A stretch of 64,000 nucleotides of DNA from Candidatus Latescibacterota bacterium. Its GTDB lineage: Bacteria > Latescibacterota > CBDEFO01. The stretch lies in the NCBI GenBank assembly GCA_965248755.1, contig OZ252149.1:3360001-3424000 (forward strand), written 5' to 3'. Positions within the stretch are counted from its first letter, which is position 1; each line of letters opens with the position of its first letter. The notes under the pieces were generated by a model. It saw nothing but the letters and a program-made list of their open reading frames with translations. It made no database searches and was not told the DNA's origin. A program made the translations under genes and the position numbers. Below, in pieces: positions 50,415 through 61,351 of the stretch.

Positions 50415-51866
50415 TTAAAGTCCTCTTGTATACGCGCCGTATTGGACGATGATTTCTACGTCTTCTACCGTCAATGCTGCTATGAAGTCGGTGGGCTGCT
50501 CTTTCAATACTATCTCCAGCAGGTTCCGACCTTTCTGAGGGCGCACTGCTTCCAGATCAAATGCCAGCCATTGGCCCGCGTACGCATCGGGCCGTTTGGG
50601 GAAGGTGCGCTTGCAGAGTTCCTCTGCCAGGGACTCCCCGTTCAAAAAAATCTCGAGTTGGTGCACCGCCATCAGGTTGTTTATGTAGATTTTGAGCTGA
50701 ACACTCTGCACGCGGTCGTTCTGGATATCGTCGGCGATGGAAAAGGGAAGCTGATAACGTTTCTCCGGATCAACTGAAGGGATTTCAAGCGGCAGGGTGG
50801 CCTCGTAATCGTGCTTGTCGGCCGACTCGCAGCGCCGGCGGAGGAAGTAGTGCTTGTCAGCTTCTTTTACCAGCTCGGGGTCTCCAAGTTCCGTGAGGGT
50901 GCTGCGCTCCACATCCCCCAGGGGCCACTCCAAAAACCAGGTGTAGATCCCGTCCACGTCCAGCTCCCAGAAGTTGGCGGCAGCGGCCCGCATCATAGCC
51001 GGGGAAGCGTGCACAGTCGAAGAGCCTTTGCGGTTCGGGTCAGAGTAGTAGGGCCCCAGCATGGCGTAAACTGAAATCTCGTTTTCGTGGGCCGCCTGCA
51101 CTACCCAGTCGATGGGCATGTTGGCGTCCAGGTAGAAGTCCACATATAGCATAGGAACCACAAAGTCCACCAGCCCCTCGCTCAGCCAGGTGTGAACGTC
51201 CAACCCCGACTTCAGATTCAGCTCCTCTGTGGGATATACACGCGCACCCACCAGGCCGGGCTCACCTGACCGGTTATGGACCATCTCAGCCACTCTGCGC
51301 ACGAAGTCGGTCATCACTGACGTGTGTTCCGATGCTTCCTCGGGTTTGAAGCAGAAGGCACTTCCACCCGGGGCTGCCGCAAAGTCCAGCTCCACACCCT
51401 CTACCGGATACTGCGTGGCGAGCTCCTCAAGTACGGCGAACTGGTGATCGCGCACCTCCGGGTGAACGTACCCCTTCCCCTCTGTCGGCACTGAGTACCC
51501 AGAGGGCATTCCTGGCAGCCCGCCCATACGCAGGCTGGAGAAAAAGTCCATGCCTTTCTCGTGAGCCCGGTCGATCAGCACCTTCAGTGGATCTAGGCCG
51601 AGGTCTATCAGGCTCTGCATATTGTGCCATACGCGCCAGTAAGCCGACAGATCAAAACCTTCCTTGCCTTCACCGAACCTGAGACCCACTTTGGAAGGGT
51701 AGAAAAGGCCATCATCCCGCGATACCCCGTAGATGAAGGTGTCGACGGCTGTGCCGGCAACCTCGTCAATGGGTGCCCAGGCATCTTCTGACCGGAACGG
51801 GGGGTCGTAAATGAACAGATAGTAGTGGCGAGCATCATTGAAGTAGATCGTCCTGCGGCGTCTCAT
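50415..51866 (-). CDS. Glycoside hydrolase-like (GHL10-type) TIM-barrel protein, copy 1
   Basis: IYFNDARH, DPLKVLIDRAHEKGM…SLRM, YPVEGVELDF; C-terminal beta-sandwich. Confidence 0.7.
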   Translation of the reverse strand: MRRRRTIYFNDARHYYLFIYDPPFRSEDAWAPIDEVAGTAVDTFIYGVSRDDGLFYPSKVGLRFGEGKEGFDLSAYWRVWHNMQSLIDLGLDPLKVLIDRAHEKGMDFFSSLRMGGLPGMPSGYSVPTEGKGYVHPEVRDHQFAVLEELATQYPVEGVELDFAAAPGGSAFCFKPEEASEHTSVMTDFVRRVAEMVHNRSGEPGLVGARVYPTEELNLKSGLDVHTWLSEGLVDFVVPMLYVDFYLDANMPIDWVVQAAHENEISVYAMLGPYYSDPNRKGSSTVHASPAMMRAAAANFWELDVDGIYTWFLEWPLGDVERSTLTELGDPELVKEADKHYFLRRRCESADKHDYEATLPLEIPSVDPEKRYQLPFSIADDIQNDRVQSVQLKIYINNLMAVHQLEIFLNGESLAEELCKRTFPKRPDAYAGQWLAFDLEAVRPQKGRNLLEIVLKEQPTDFIAALTVEDVEIIVQYGAYTRGL

Positions 51867-52231
51867 GGCAAGTAGTCCTTTCTCTTAGAATTATGAATAG
51901 GGTCTCGTTTCTATTCTCATCTAAACGCAAATATACCTTTATACAAACAATTTAGCAAGAAAAATTCTTGCAGACTAACTACGTCTTAAAAGGGGACAAT
52001 TTACAACGATTCTGGACTCATGAATTTTGCTGACGCATATTGGTTCCATAGCAGTGTCACGCAGCCTGGTGATATGAAAGCGCAACTGGGACAACGCTGA
52101 AACTTATGCCTACAAACACGGTTTCGGCAGACTTAATCACAATGAAAAGATCATATTTTTTTGTATGACATTTTAATTCCCTTTCGTTATCCAATTAATT
52201 TCTGTGCCATTTAATTATGCTAACTCCTAAT

Positions 52232-52568
52232 CATACCGCTCCCCCTTGGTAGAGCGACAAATATTTCGATAATTGGGGTTTGAGAAAGGAGGTCAAATTG
52301 TCAAGCCCCGAGGTAAAAGATAGTAAGCGCTGGTTTGGGACCCGTAAGGCAGCGGTGGTGTTGGCTCTTTTGAAAGGAGCGGATGTATCAGAGGTGTGTC
52401 GGAAGAATGGAATTAGCCAGTCGCAGGTGTATGCTTGGGTGATAGTTTCTTAGAAGGAGGCCAGGAGAGTCTGAAGTCTCGGCGTGGTTGCAAGGACCCG
52501 AAGGAGCGGGAGGTTGGTCGGTTGGAGCGCAGGGTAGGGCAATTGACGCTCCAGTTCGAGGTACGCGA
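52232..52568 (+). mobile_element. Truncated, degenerate copy of the IS3 element (left end and frameshifted orfA)
   Basis: Aligns with 45615-45951, then switches to the duplicated unit. Confidence 0.9.
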
Positions 52569-52945
52569 GTACTGATCGAAAACGGTGAAGGATCAGGGCC
52601 CCAAGGGAATTAGCGCGTTGCTGGTGCACCTTTTGGTGGGGGGCGCGCGACGTGCCCTCGACGGAAGGGATGGTTAACGCAGCGTGCATGTCATCTATTG
52701 GTGGATTTCGGTGCCACTTCTTTGCATGGTATCTGTAGCTAAGTATTAGATCAAGATTGTCTGGAGGTGACTATCGAGATCCAAGACGGAAGATAGCACA
52801 CAGAAAGTGGCAACCTCCAGATAGATCCCTATTCAATTACTTCCGCCAGGTTTTGTCAAGATACTCAGTTAGAGATCAAATGGGAAGTGTGGCAGCTTCT
52901 TTTGAGCGCGCATCAAAGCATTTAGAGAGCGCAGCGCTGTCTAAC

Positions 52946-54388
52946 TTAAAGTCCTCTTGTATACGCGCCGTATTGGACGATGATTTCTACGTTCTCTACC
53001 GTCAATGGCGCTATGAAGTCGGAGGGCTGCTCTTTTAAAACTATCTCCAGCAGGTTCCCGCCTTTCTGAGGGCGCACTCCTTCCAGGTCAAATGCCAGCC
53101 ACTGGCCCGCGTAACGGTCGGGCAGTTTGGGGAAGGTGCGCTTGCAGAGTTCCTCTGCCAGGGACTCCCCGTTCAAAAAGATCTCGAGTAGGTGCACCGC
53201 CATCAGGTTGGTTATGTAGATTTTGAGCTGAACACTCTGTACCCGGTCGTTCTGGATATCGTCGGCGATGGAAAAGGGAAGCTGATAACGTTTGGCCGGA
53301 TCAGCCGAAGGGATTTCAAGCGGCAGGGGGGCCGCGTAATCCTGCTCGCCAGCCGACTCGCAACGCCGGCGTAGGAAGTAGTGTTTGTCAGCTTCTTTTA
53401 CCAGCTCGGGGTCTCCAAGTTCCGTGAGGGTGCTGCGCTCCACATCCCCCAGGGGCCACCCCATAAACCAGGTGTAGAGCCCGTCCACGTCCAGCTCCCA
53501 GAAGTTGGCCGCCGCAGCACGCATCATGGCCGGGGGAGCGTACACAGTCTCAGTGCCTATGCGGTAGTAGTAGGGCTGCAGCATGGCGTAAACTGATATC
53601 TCGTTTTCATGGGCCGCCTGCACCACCCAGTCGATGGGCATGTTGGCGTCGAGGTAGTTGGACACATATAACATAGGAACCACAAAGTCTACCAGCCCCT
53701 CGCTAAGCCAGGTGTGAACGTCCAGGCCTACTTTCAGATTCAACTCCTCTGTGGGATATACACGCGCACCCACCAGGCCGGGGTTGCCTGACCGGTTATG
53801 GACCATCTCAGCCACTCGGCGCACAAAGTCGGTCATCACTGATGTGTGTTCCGATGCTTCCTCGGGTCTGAAGCAGAAGGAATCCCCGCCCGGAGCTCCC
53901 GCAAAGTCCAGCTCCACGCCCTCTACCGGATACTGCGTGGCGAGCTCCTCCAGTACGGCGAACTGGTGGTCGCGCACCTCCGGGTGCACGTACCCCTTCC
54001 CCTCTGTCGGCACTGAGTACCCAGAGGGCATGCCTGGCTGCTCGCCCATACGGAGGCTGGAGAAAAAGTCCATGCCTTTCTCGTGAGCCCGGTCGATCAG
54101 CACCTTCAGTGGATCCAGGCCGAGGTCTATCAGGCTCTGCATATTATGCCATACGCGCCAGTAGGCGGCCAGATCAAAACCATCCAGGCCTTCACCGAAC
54201 CTGAGACCCACTTTGGAAGGGTAGAAAAGGCCATCACCCCGTGCTACCCCGTAGATGAAGGTGTCGACGGCTGTGCCGGCAACCTCGTCAATGGGTACCC
54301 AGGCATCTTCTAACCGGAACGGCGGGTCGTAAATGAACAGATAGCAATGCCGTGCATCATTAAAGTAGATCGTCCTGCGGCGTCTCAT
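52946..54388 (-). CDS. Glycoside hydrolase-like (GHL10-type) TIM-barrel protein, copy 2
   Basis: Close paralog of 50415-51866. Confidence 0.7.
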   Translation of the reverse strand: MRRRRTIYFNDARHCYLFIYDPPFRLEDAWVPIDEVAGTAVDTFIYGVARGDGLFYPSKVGLRFGEGLDGFDLAAYWRVWHNMQSLIDLGLDPLKVLIDRAHEKGMDFFSSLRMGEQPGMPSGYSVPTEGKGYVHPEVRDHQFAVLEELATQYPVEGVELDFAGAPGGDSFCFRPEEASEHTSVMTDFVRRVAEMVHNRSGNPGLVGARVYPTEELNLKVGLDVHTWLSEGLVDFVVPMLYVSNYLDANMPIDWVVQAAHENEISVYAMLQPYYYRIGTETVYAPPAMMRAAAANFWELDVDGLYTWFMGWPLGDVERSTLTELGDPELVKEADKHYFLRRRCESAGEQDYAAPLPLEIPSADPAKRYQLPFSIADDIQNDRVQSVQLKIYITNLMAVHLLEIFLNGESLAEELCKRTFPKLPDRYAGQWLAFDLEGVRPQKGGNLLEIVLKEQPSDFIAPLTVENVEIIVQYGAYTRGL

Positions 54389-54702
54389 GGCAAGTAGTCC
54401 CTTCTCTATAGAATTATTAATTGGGTCTCCTTTTCATTCTCATCTCAACGCAAATATACCTTTATCCAAACAACTTAGCAAGAACAATTCTGTGCACACT
54501 AACTACGTGTTCAAAGTGGGCAATTTACAACGATTCTGGACTGATGAATCTTTGTTGACATCTAACAGTTTTCTTTGTATCTTCCCACTTAATATTCAGT
54601 ATCATAAAGCCATCTTCAGTCCACGAATGAGGAGACGTCGCAAAATTACCCGATCTTTGTATAGTTAATGTCTTGTCAATCTGAGAAAGATGAGGTCTCA
54701 AA

Positions 54703-56373
54703 ATAAGACATATAATTTTCTATACTGTTCTGACACTGTTAGTCGCTTTGAATGCTTCTGCCTATGCACAGGACGCTATGACCATCCGTGTCGTGCTGCC
54801 TGTCAGCGCGGTCAAGATTCTGCCCACCGGCCCGGTCGAGACGGGGCAAGTCTCTAATGAGCTTAAGGTGGTGGCCTGCCCCGGCGAATATGAGCCGGGG
54901 AGTTTCGTCATCTTTGCCCAGTCAGATATCACCTCGCTGAAGGTACAGGCCGACGACCTGAAAGCAAAACATGGTGTAATTTTGGCAAAGGAGGTCGATA
55001 TCAAAGTGGTCAAATGCTGGTATCAGTCGGGCAGTGCCTGGGTGGGCATCGAACAGGATCTCAGCAAGCGAGTGCTGGTGCCAGAACTGCTTCTTAAAGA
55101 TGATAGCTTGGTGAAGGTCGACTTTGAGGCCAAGGAGAACTATCTCAAGTTATCCCTGCCCAAAAGAGAAAAGTATATCTGGATAAGCAATCCGGAGGAG
55201 AAATATGATGAGGGTCCCATATTTCCGAGCGACGACATTCCGATTAAGGACAGCTCTGTTCTGTTGCCTGTCGATATTCCTGCCAACACCAACAAGCAGT
55301 TTTGGGTAACGGTTCACGTGCCGGACGATGCCAAACCGGGGAACTACACCGGGCGCATCACGCTTTTGCTGTCAAAGAGGAAATTGCGGGTTCTAAAGCT
55401 TAATCTGCGGGTCCTGCCGATTGAGCTGGCGGAGCCCTATTACACTTCCAGCATTTTCCACCGGAATCCCAACGGAAAATCACAGATTGATCTACGATAC
55501 CGCATGGAAATGGAAGACTTGCTCGCCCACGGTGTGACTGACCCGATCTTTTATCCTTCGGACGAAGCTGAAACCAGGCGATTCTTGCAGATCAGGAAAG
55601 AGGTGGGCATGGCGGGTCGGCCGCTCTACACGGTTTGGGGTGCAAGTGTTCCACTAAATGTAGTAAAAGAACGCATTGAACTTTTCAGATCCTACGGTTT
55701 TACCGACGTCTACTTCTACGGATGGGATGAGGCCGGTGGCGAGCGTTTGTTGCAGCAACGGCCTACTTGGGAGACGGTGCGAAAGGCAGGTGGCAAGATG
55801 TTCGCCTCCGCCAGCAGCAAAGCCGGTCATCAGGGAGTTTACCGGGGAAGTTACTTTGACACCGTGGGTGACATCCTGGATGTGTTCAATTGTCAGCCTC
55901 CCCTCAACCGGGAGGAGGCGGAGATGTGGCATTCCGTCGGTCACAAGGTCTGGTCCTACGCCAACCCGCATGTTGGTCCCGAAAGCCCCGAGATATTTCG
56001 GCGGAATTACGGCCTGCTGATATGGAAGTATAACTGGGACGGCGCTGCAACTTACGCCTACAAGCACGCCTTCGGCAACCCGTGGAATGATTTCGACAGC
56101 GTTACACGAGATATCACCTTCGTCTACCCGACAATCGACGGTGTGATCAATACGATCGGGTGGGAAGGCTACCGCGAGGCGGTGGACGATGTTCGCTATG
56201 TGACGACGCTGATGCAGGCTATCGAGAAGGCCGCAAAATCGACAGATGGCAGGCGGAGGGAGGTTGCCGAAAAGGCCGCGCGCTACCTTGAAACGCTGGA
56301 TGTCGATCAGAGGGATTTGGATGCGATTCGCCTGGAAATGATTGCGCATCTGCTTGATTTACAAGGGGAATAA
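54703..56373 (+). CDS. Secreted glycoside hydrolase-like protein (GH123/DUF4091-like)
   Basis: GEYEP, QFWVTVHVP…PGNYTG, YGWDEA, WEGYREAVDDVRY; a signal peptide extends upstream of the TTG call to ATA at 54703. Confidence 0.7.
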   Translation: MRHIIFYTVLTLLVALNASAYAQDAMTIRVVLPVSAVKILPTGPVETGQVSNELKVVACPGEYEPGSFVIFAQSDITSLKVQADDLKAKHGVILAKEVDIKVVKCWYQSGSAWVGIEQDLSKRVLVPELLLKDDSLVKVDFEAKENYLKLSLPKREKYIWISNPEEKYDEGPIFPSDDIPIKDSSVLLPVDIPANTNKQFWVTVHVPDDAKPGNYTGRITLLLSKRKLRVLKLNLRVLPIELAEPYYTSSIFHRNPNGKSQIDLRYRMEMEDLLAHGVTDPIFYPSDEAETRRFLQIRKEVGMAGRPLYTVWGASVPLNVVKERIELFRSYGFTDVYFYGWDEAGGERLLQQRPTWETVRKAGGKMFASASSKAGHQGVYRGSYFDTVGDILDVFNCQPPLNREEAEMWHSVGHKVWSYANPHVGPESPEIFRRNYGLLIWKYNWDGAATYAYKHAFGNPWNDFDSVTRDITFVYPTIDGVINTIGWEGYREAVDDVRYVTTLMQAIEKAAKSTDGRRREVAEKAARYLETLDVDQRDLDAIRLEMIAHLLDLQGE

Positions 56374-56640
56374 AGATCCTCAGTTTCGGGCTCATTACCC
56401 TAAATTGGGAAGTTCGAGCAGTTTGACGTTGACCCCCGATAGATTCAATCGGGCGTGACCCCACAGCGGAGATTAGGCACAAAGACACTAATTTTAATAT
56501 CTTTGTGCCTTGGTGGCTGAAGACAGGATCAGTGGGCCGAAGCGATCGGCAGTGAATCTCGCTATTCACAATTCTGCTGAGATTCACCGTACTCGGTTTC
56601 TCGGAATAACTAACAGTTTGTCTAATCTGCGCTATTCCTA

Positions 56641-57789
56641 CTAGCCATGTAAATCCAACCGCGACCAATGAATGTCCATGGACGTTTCAGTTCCCGCGTA
56701 GTAGACAACCAACACATCGCCATCAGGCAGGGCCTCTGCATAGGGTAGGCCAAAGGTCCAGAGTGACATATCCGCCAGAAGTGTAGCAGTATCATCGTCA
56801 GCCGAATCCTGCGCTGAGGCTGCACTGTGTGAGTAAATTACCACTTCTGGCGCAGGATCAAAGGGTGCCTCGATAGAGGAGGCCAAACGCGCTCGAATCG
56901 AACGGGTACCGAAGCGGTCCACCCACGCAAGGACGACGCGTCCGTCCTGCATTATGGCAGGATGTGCTGCCTGGTCGGTAAAGCCTAGATCCTCAAGGGG
57001 CGACCAGGTCTGGCCGCCATCCGGGCTGATCCGGCGGTGGATATTGAGGTAAGTATTCGTCTGGCTGTCGTAGGTCCACAGAAAGGTAGCGATACGGCCG
57101 TCAGGGGCTACGCCAGCACGCTGGTCCCAGTAGAAGATGCGGCCCGTCGGATCCTGGCTGGCTGTAACGGGCTCACCCCAGGTCTGACCCAGATCAGTTG
57201 AATGGAACAAGACAACTCGTTGATACCATCTGGAACTATCTTCGTAGGGCTTGTTCGACTCAACACTTAACACTAAAGTACCGTCGGGAAGTACCATGAT
57301 CGGGTTCGTTAAACTCGGCGGGCCAATATCAGCGGGCATCGGCACCACTCGGCACGGAGTCCACGTTTCTCCGAAATCGTGTGAATCGGCTAGCAGAAGC
57401 TCTATCGGCAGACAACCCTCGGTCTCGGGGTTGAACAGCGGTTTGCCAGGGTAAGTCTCCCGATCGATCCACAAGTAAGCCGCGATTAGGTGGCCCCGGA
57501 TAGGTTCAATCGGGGGTGAAAGCTCGGTAAGGTAACAGGACCTGAGTGACCCCTGTAAGCCTCCAATTTGCGTCCCTTCGAAAGGACGTTTCGGTTCACT
57601 CCAGGTCCGACCGCTGTCCAGAGAAGAGTAAAATTCAACTGTTCCATCGGGAGAGTCCTTGTTCGAGCCAGCGCGGCAGGTGGCCATAAGCGTGCCATTG
57701 GAAAGTGCAATTACGCTGGGGAAAGTCAGGACGGCTCGTTCAGTCCCCGCTACGCCACGGGACAAAATACCATTCTCAATAATTCTCAT
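56641..57789 (-). CDS. Sialidase-family (BNR/Asp-box) protein
   Basis: Four SxDxGxTW Asp-boxes; FGLP…LPDGDVLVVYY. Confidence 0.85.
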   Translation of the reverse strand: MRIIENGILSRGVAGTERAVLTFPSVIALSNGTLMATCRAGSNKDSPDGTVEFYSSLDSGRTWSEPKRPFEGTQIGGLQGSLRSCYLTELSPPIEPIRGHLIAAYLWIDRETYPGKPLFNPETEGCLPIELLLADSHDFGETWTPCRVVPMPADIGPPSLTNPIMVLPDGTLVLSVESNKPYEDSSRWYQRVVLFHSTDLGQTWGEPVTASQDPTGRIFYWDQRAGVAPDGRIATFLWTYDSQTNTYLNIHRRISPDGGQTWSPLEDLGFTDQAAHPAIMQDGRVVLAWVDRFGTRSIRARLASSIEAPFDPAPEVVIYSHSAASAQDSADDDTATLLADMSLWTFGLPYAEALPDGDVLVVYYAGTETSMDIHWSRLDLHG

Positions 57790-58035
57790 ATGAATTCAGC
57801 GCAGGAGACTCCCAGTTTAAATAAGTAGGAAGCATACAGGGATAAGAGGCGTTGCCCTGTCTACCCCCGGTTGCATTCCCGATTAGTGTATCGAGGACCG
57901 GGTGTTACTGTGTACTGCATTTGCGCGGGAGAGAAATGCGCCTTTCCTCCTTTCTATTTGACAAATTATTCGAACCATGTAAGAATCCTTTTTCGGGAAG
58001 GAGGTCCCGTGACGCTTATTTGTTAACGTTGTCAA

Positions 58036-59101
58036 TCACGCGTAACGTGTGCGGAGCAATTCTGCTGCCTGACACATCACCTTGAGCTTCAGATACGCTT
58101 CGTCCAGGTCCATGGGGTTCTGAACCGACGGTGAGAAGCCACAGTCCGGATGGCAGTGTGATGCGCTCCGCCTCCACATAGCGCATGGCCCCTTCCACTC
58201 TTGCGACCACTTCCTCTGGAGTTTCCACCTGTCGGTCGCAGTGGTCAATGCACCCGAATCCCAACCGCACTTTCTCAGGGAATTGGGCCAGAGACTCCAG
58301 GCCACTGGCTACTGGAGTGGCATATTCCATCGAGATCGTACCGACCCGCAACTTGGCCAGTGCCGGCATGATCAGATCGTAGGGGCCCTCGGTGGCGTGC
58401 TTGTGGTCAAAATGAGCGTGGCACAGGTGCATTCCTGTTTTCACATCTTCGATCCCATCCACCGTCTGATTGATAAGATCGACGCACAGGTCCATTTCGT
58501 ACTGCACGTCAGTGACACCATCTTTCTCGCGGAAGCTGGGATCGACCATTGTGGCCAGCCAGGGCTCGTCGAGCTGCACCGTGTCAGCTCCGGCGTCGCG
58601 GATCGCCTCGATTTCCTGCCGGAGGATCGGCACACAAGCGGACATCAGTTTCTCGGGGGTGGGGTACGCCCCTTTCGATTGCTGCGGATGCCACATGCGC
58701 CGGCCGATGATGTAAGGAGCAGGTAAGGTCGCCTTGACGCGTCGCTGGGTGCGCTGCCGGACGTAACGAATCTCCTCAACTGCTATGGGACGGTGATACT
58801 CTACCGGTGCCACCACAGCCGGGTATGGTAATCCACCGCTGGGATTCAGGTCGGGCTGGAAGCCCCGCACGCGTTCGGCAAAGACCTTGACGTAGCTCTC
58901 CCGGCGCCATTCGCCATCGGTGATCTCGTCCAGTCCTGCCCGCTCTTGCAGCAGAAGAACCGATTCGATGGCCCGGTCCAGCACATGGTCTACTTCTTGC
59001 TCAGATATCCTACCGTCCTTGCGGTCCAAGATCAGCTCACGCACCCAGGCCGGGCGAGGCAGACTGCCGATGACAGTAGTAGGGAACAGTGTATTTGTCA
59101 T
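58036..59101 (-). pseudogene. Cobalamin-independent methionine synthase II (MetE C-terminal-like) with one frameshift
   Basis: IGSLPRP, TDGEWRR, QLDEP, HLCH; the conserved PDCG motif is in another frame after ~58153. Confidence 0.82.
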
Positions 59102-59768
59102 GACAATTCTCCTCTCTTCGGTCTTAGCATTCAGCACACGACGCGCTAAAGTGAAGCTTGGGGAAACTTTGAACATCGGAGCTGTATTTAAGCCGTGAAC
59201 GCCACCGTTGCACTATCTGACTAATATCTTCAGCGAGCTTTAGCAAGAGTGGCAAGTATGAGAACACCACAGTTTCTTTGCGACTGCTTAATTATAAAAA
59301 AATGACCGCGTAAAATCAAGTACTTACCAAGCCATTTTCAGAAGGAGTTTTACAGATACGTGTAAAAAGTGGGATGTTAGAAATCTCGGTTGCAAATGCG
59401 CCGCAAGTTCAACGTCTGAAATCGTGAGAAGCTTCACAGAGTTTGGAGATGCGCCGGCCGGGAAAGTTGAGAAGCTTGTCTCGCCTCAGATTGTGCGAAT
59501 GTGGGCCACAAGGGCAAAAGCGAAGTTGTTAACGGTTAGGACTGAGATTTCCATTGACCTCCACTATCTTCTTTTATATGTTCTCATCTACTGCGTCACC
59601 GATTACTAAGTATGGGGTCAAAATGAAGCGACTCGCAGGTGAACTGGAAGAAGATCGATAAAATAAGCCTCTTACAAGAATTCCATCTCTTGTATCATTA
59701 GTAGAAATTCTCAACTTTATCCAAAGAGTATTGAAGAACTTTTCTTGGGGTACTGAAAGGAGAACGAA

Positions 59769-60632
59769 ATGGCAAGAGTAGAAAGGAAAGTTGAACTCCC
59801 GAAGATTCTCCACATGGCTACTCTGTGGATTCTGACCGGTTACGGTGGCAAGAAGTGAGAGTGGACCACTGAGCAGAAACTACGGTGTATCCAGAACGCT
59901 GGGTTTGACGGATTCCTGGCACGGGTGCCGGTGGTGACCCGTGAACAAGTGGATAAGTACGGGCTTACCTTCGCAGCCACTGTGGATATAGGGAGCGCCA
60001 AGGACGTAATGCCCCAGTTCAAGGCCGCCAACGAAGTAGGCGCACGATGCGTCAATGTGCAGATGCTCGACCACGATACACCGACCAAGAAGGTGGTGGC
60101 TCTGGCCCGGCGCGTGATGGCCGCGGCGGACAATCTACAGATGGATGTGGCTATTGAGGTGCACCGCGATACCTGCACCGAGACGCCGGAGAAGGCCTAC
60201 GCTCTGGCCGAAGGGTTTGAAAAGGCGGAGAAGCGGCTGCTCAAGATGACGTGGGATTTTTCGCATCCTGCCGTTGTCAAGCATCTCTCGCCGCCCTACT
60301 GGGATCGGCTGGCCGAGCGGGTGGACCTGATCCAGTACGCGCAGCAGTTCCATTTCCGGCCCTTCAACGGGCACCACTGCCAGATTCCGGCGCTCGGACA
60401 GGGCGGGAAGCTCACTCCGGAGTTTCTGGACTGGCTGGAATTTGCCGAGAAGGTGATTGAGTGCTGGCTGTAGGCCGCCACGCCGGGACGGGAGATGTTC
60501 GGCTGTCCGGAGCAGGGGGCTGCGGGATATTTCCTGTCCGTCTTCGGAGACCGATGGAAGGACGTGCAGGCGATTCGAGATGAGGTGGACCGGGCCTGGA
60601 AGAGGCAGTTGAGAAATTGGACGAGCAAGTGA
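59769..60632 (+). pseudogene. Xylose isomerase-like TIM-barrel gene with two in-frame stops
   Basis: AGGAG RBS, ATG 59769; a single frame with TGA at 59856-59858 and TAG at 60471-60473; AGFDG, EVHRDTCTE, DFSH, HFRPFNGHH motifs. Confidence 0.8.
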
Positions 60633-60782
60633 AGATCTTGATCTCCGTGGCGTGAGCACGTAGCCTCCGATTGAATCTATCAAGGGTAGGCATGGCTACC
60701 ACCCTCCTCCCTGTCTACTGCTTGCTGTCTATTTGAATATATGGACCGACCCCATTTTCTTCTGCCTCTAACCGGTGGGTCT

Positions 60783-61157
60783 TCAGAGCTCTAGTGGCTC
60801 GGGAGTACGTAGAATGAACGTCTTCTTGATGTAGTTCGGCACATGCCATTTCGTTTTCAGCCCCATCGGAAAATGGACAAAATCGCCTGCCCGAAAGGTG
60901 TGCCGTTCACCACCTTCTTCCTCGATGATCGCTTCGCCCTCGAGCACCATTACAAACTCGTCCCAGCCGTATTCCCAACTGAACTTGCCCGCTGTACAGT
61001 CCCAGACACCCTGCGTCACCTTTAGGTCAGACGACTGCGCCGAGATCCACATTCTGGCAACGGGTTCTCCTTCCAGAATCTGTTCCTCTGGGATTGGAAA
61101 ATCAGTAAGTTGGACTGATGATCCCTCGTTCACCTTGACTGATAGTGTGCTCATCAT
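60783..61157 (-). CDS. Cupin (DUF861/EutQ-like)
   Basis: GVWDCTAGKF…DEFVMVLEG…AGDFVHFPMG…WHV…KK. Confidence 0.88.
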   Translation of the reverse strand: MMSTLSVKVNEGSSVQLTDFPIPEEQILEGEPVARMWISAQSSDLKVTQGVWDCTAGKFSWEYGWDEFVMVLEGEAIIEEEGGERHTFRAGDFVHFPMGLKTKWHVPNYIKKTFILRTPEPLEL

Positions 61158-61351
61158 CGTCTCCTTTCTGTGGGGCTTCTTCCGATCCCCCATACATTCT
61201 ATCGGGGACTGACCTAATCTTTCATCTAAAGTGCTCATCTTGTACTTGCCTTGCAATCTCGTTGTAGATCACAAGTCGTCTGGGTGCTTGTCGAACATTG
61301 TATCCCTTCCCGTATTTTCACTTGCGCCCTTCTTCAGCGAACATCACGACA

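Larger units (their letters stand above)
50025..54560. repeat. Tandem duplication of a ~2-kb unit (about 50025-52035 and 52556-54560)
   Basis: The CDS and both non-coding flanks align closely by eye; an IS3 remnant lies between the units. Confidence 0.92.
17379..60730. repeat. GTAG-type REP-like family GTAGACAGGG…CCCTGTCTAC
   Basis: Degenerate copies at ~17379-17433, 39877-39926, 40620-40731, 57826-57864 and 60686-60731. Confidence 0.65.

Noticed and set aside
59769..60632. Selenocysteine, pyrrolysine or genetic-code reassignment from in-frame TGA and TAG
   Set aside because: The stops are not at evident catalytic positions, TAG and TGA end many intact genes in the window, and neighbouring genes are also decayed.
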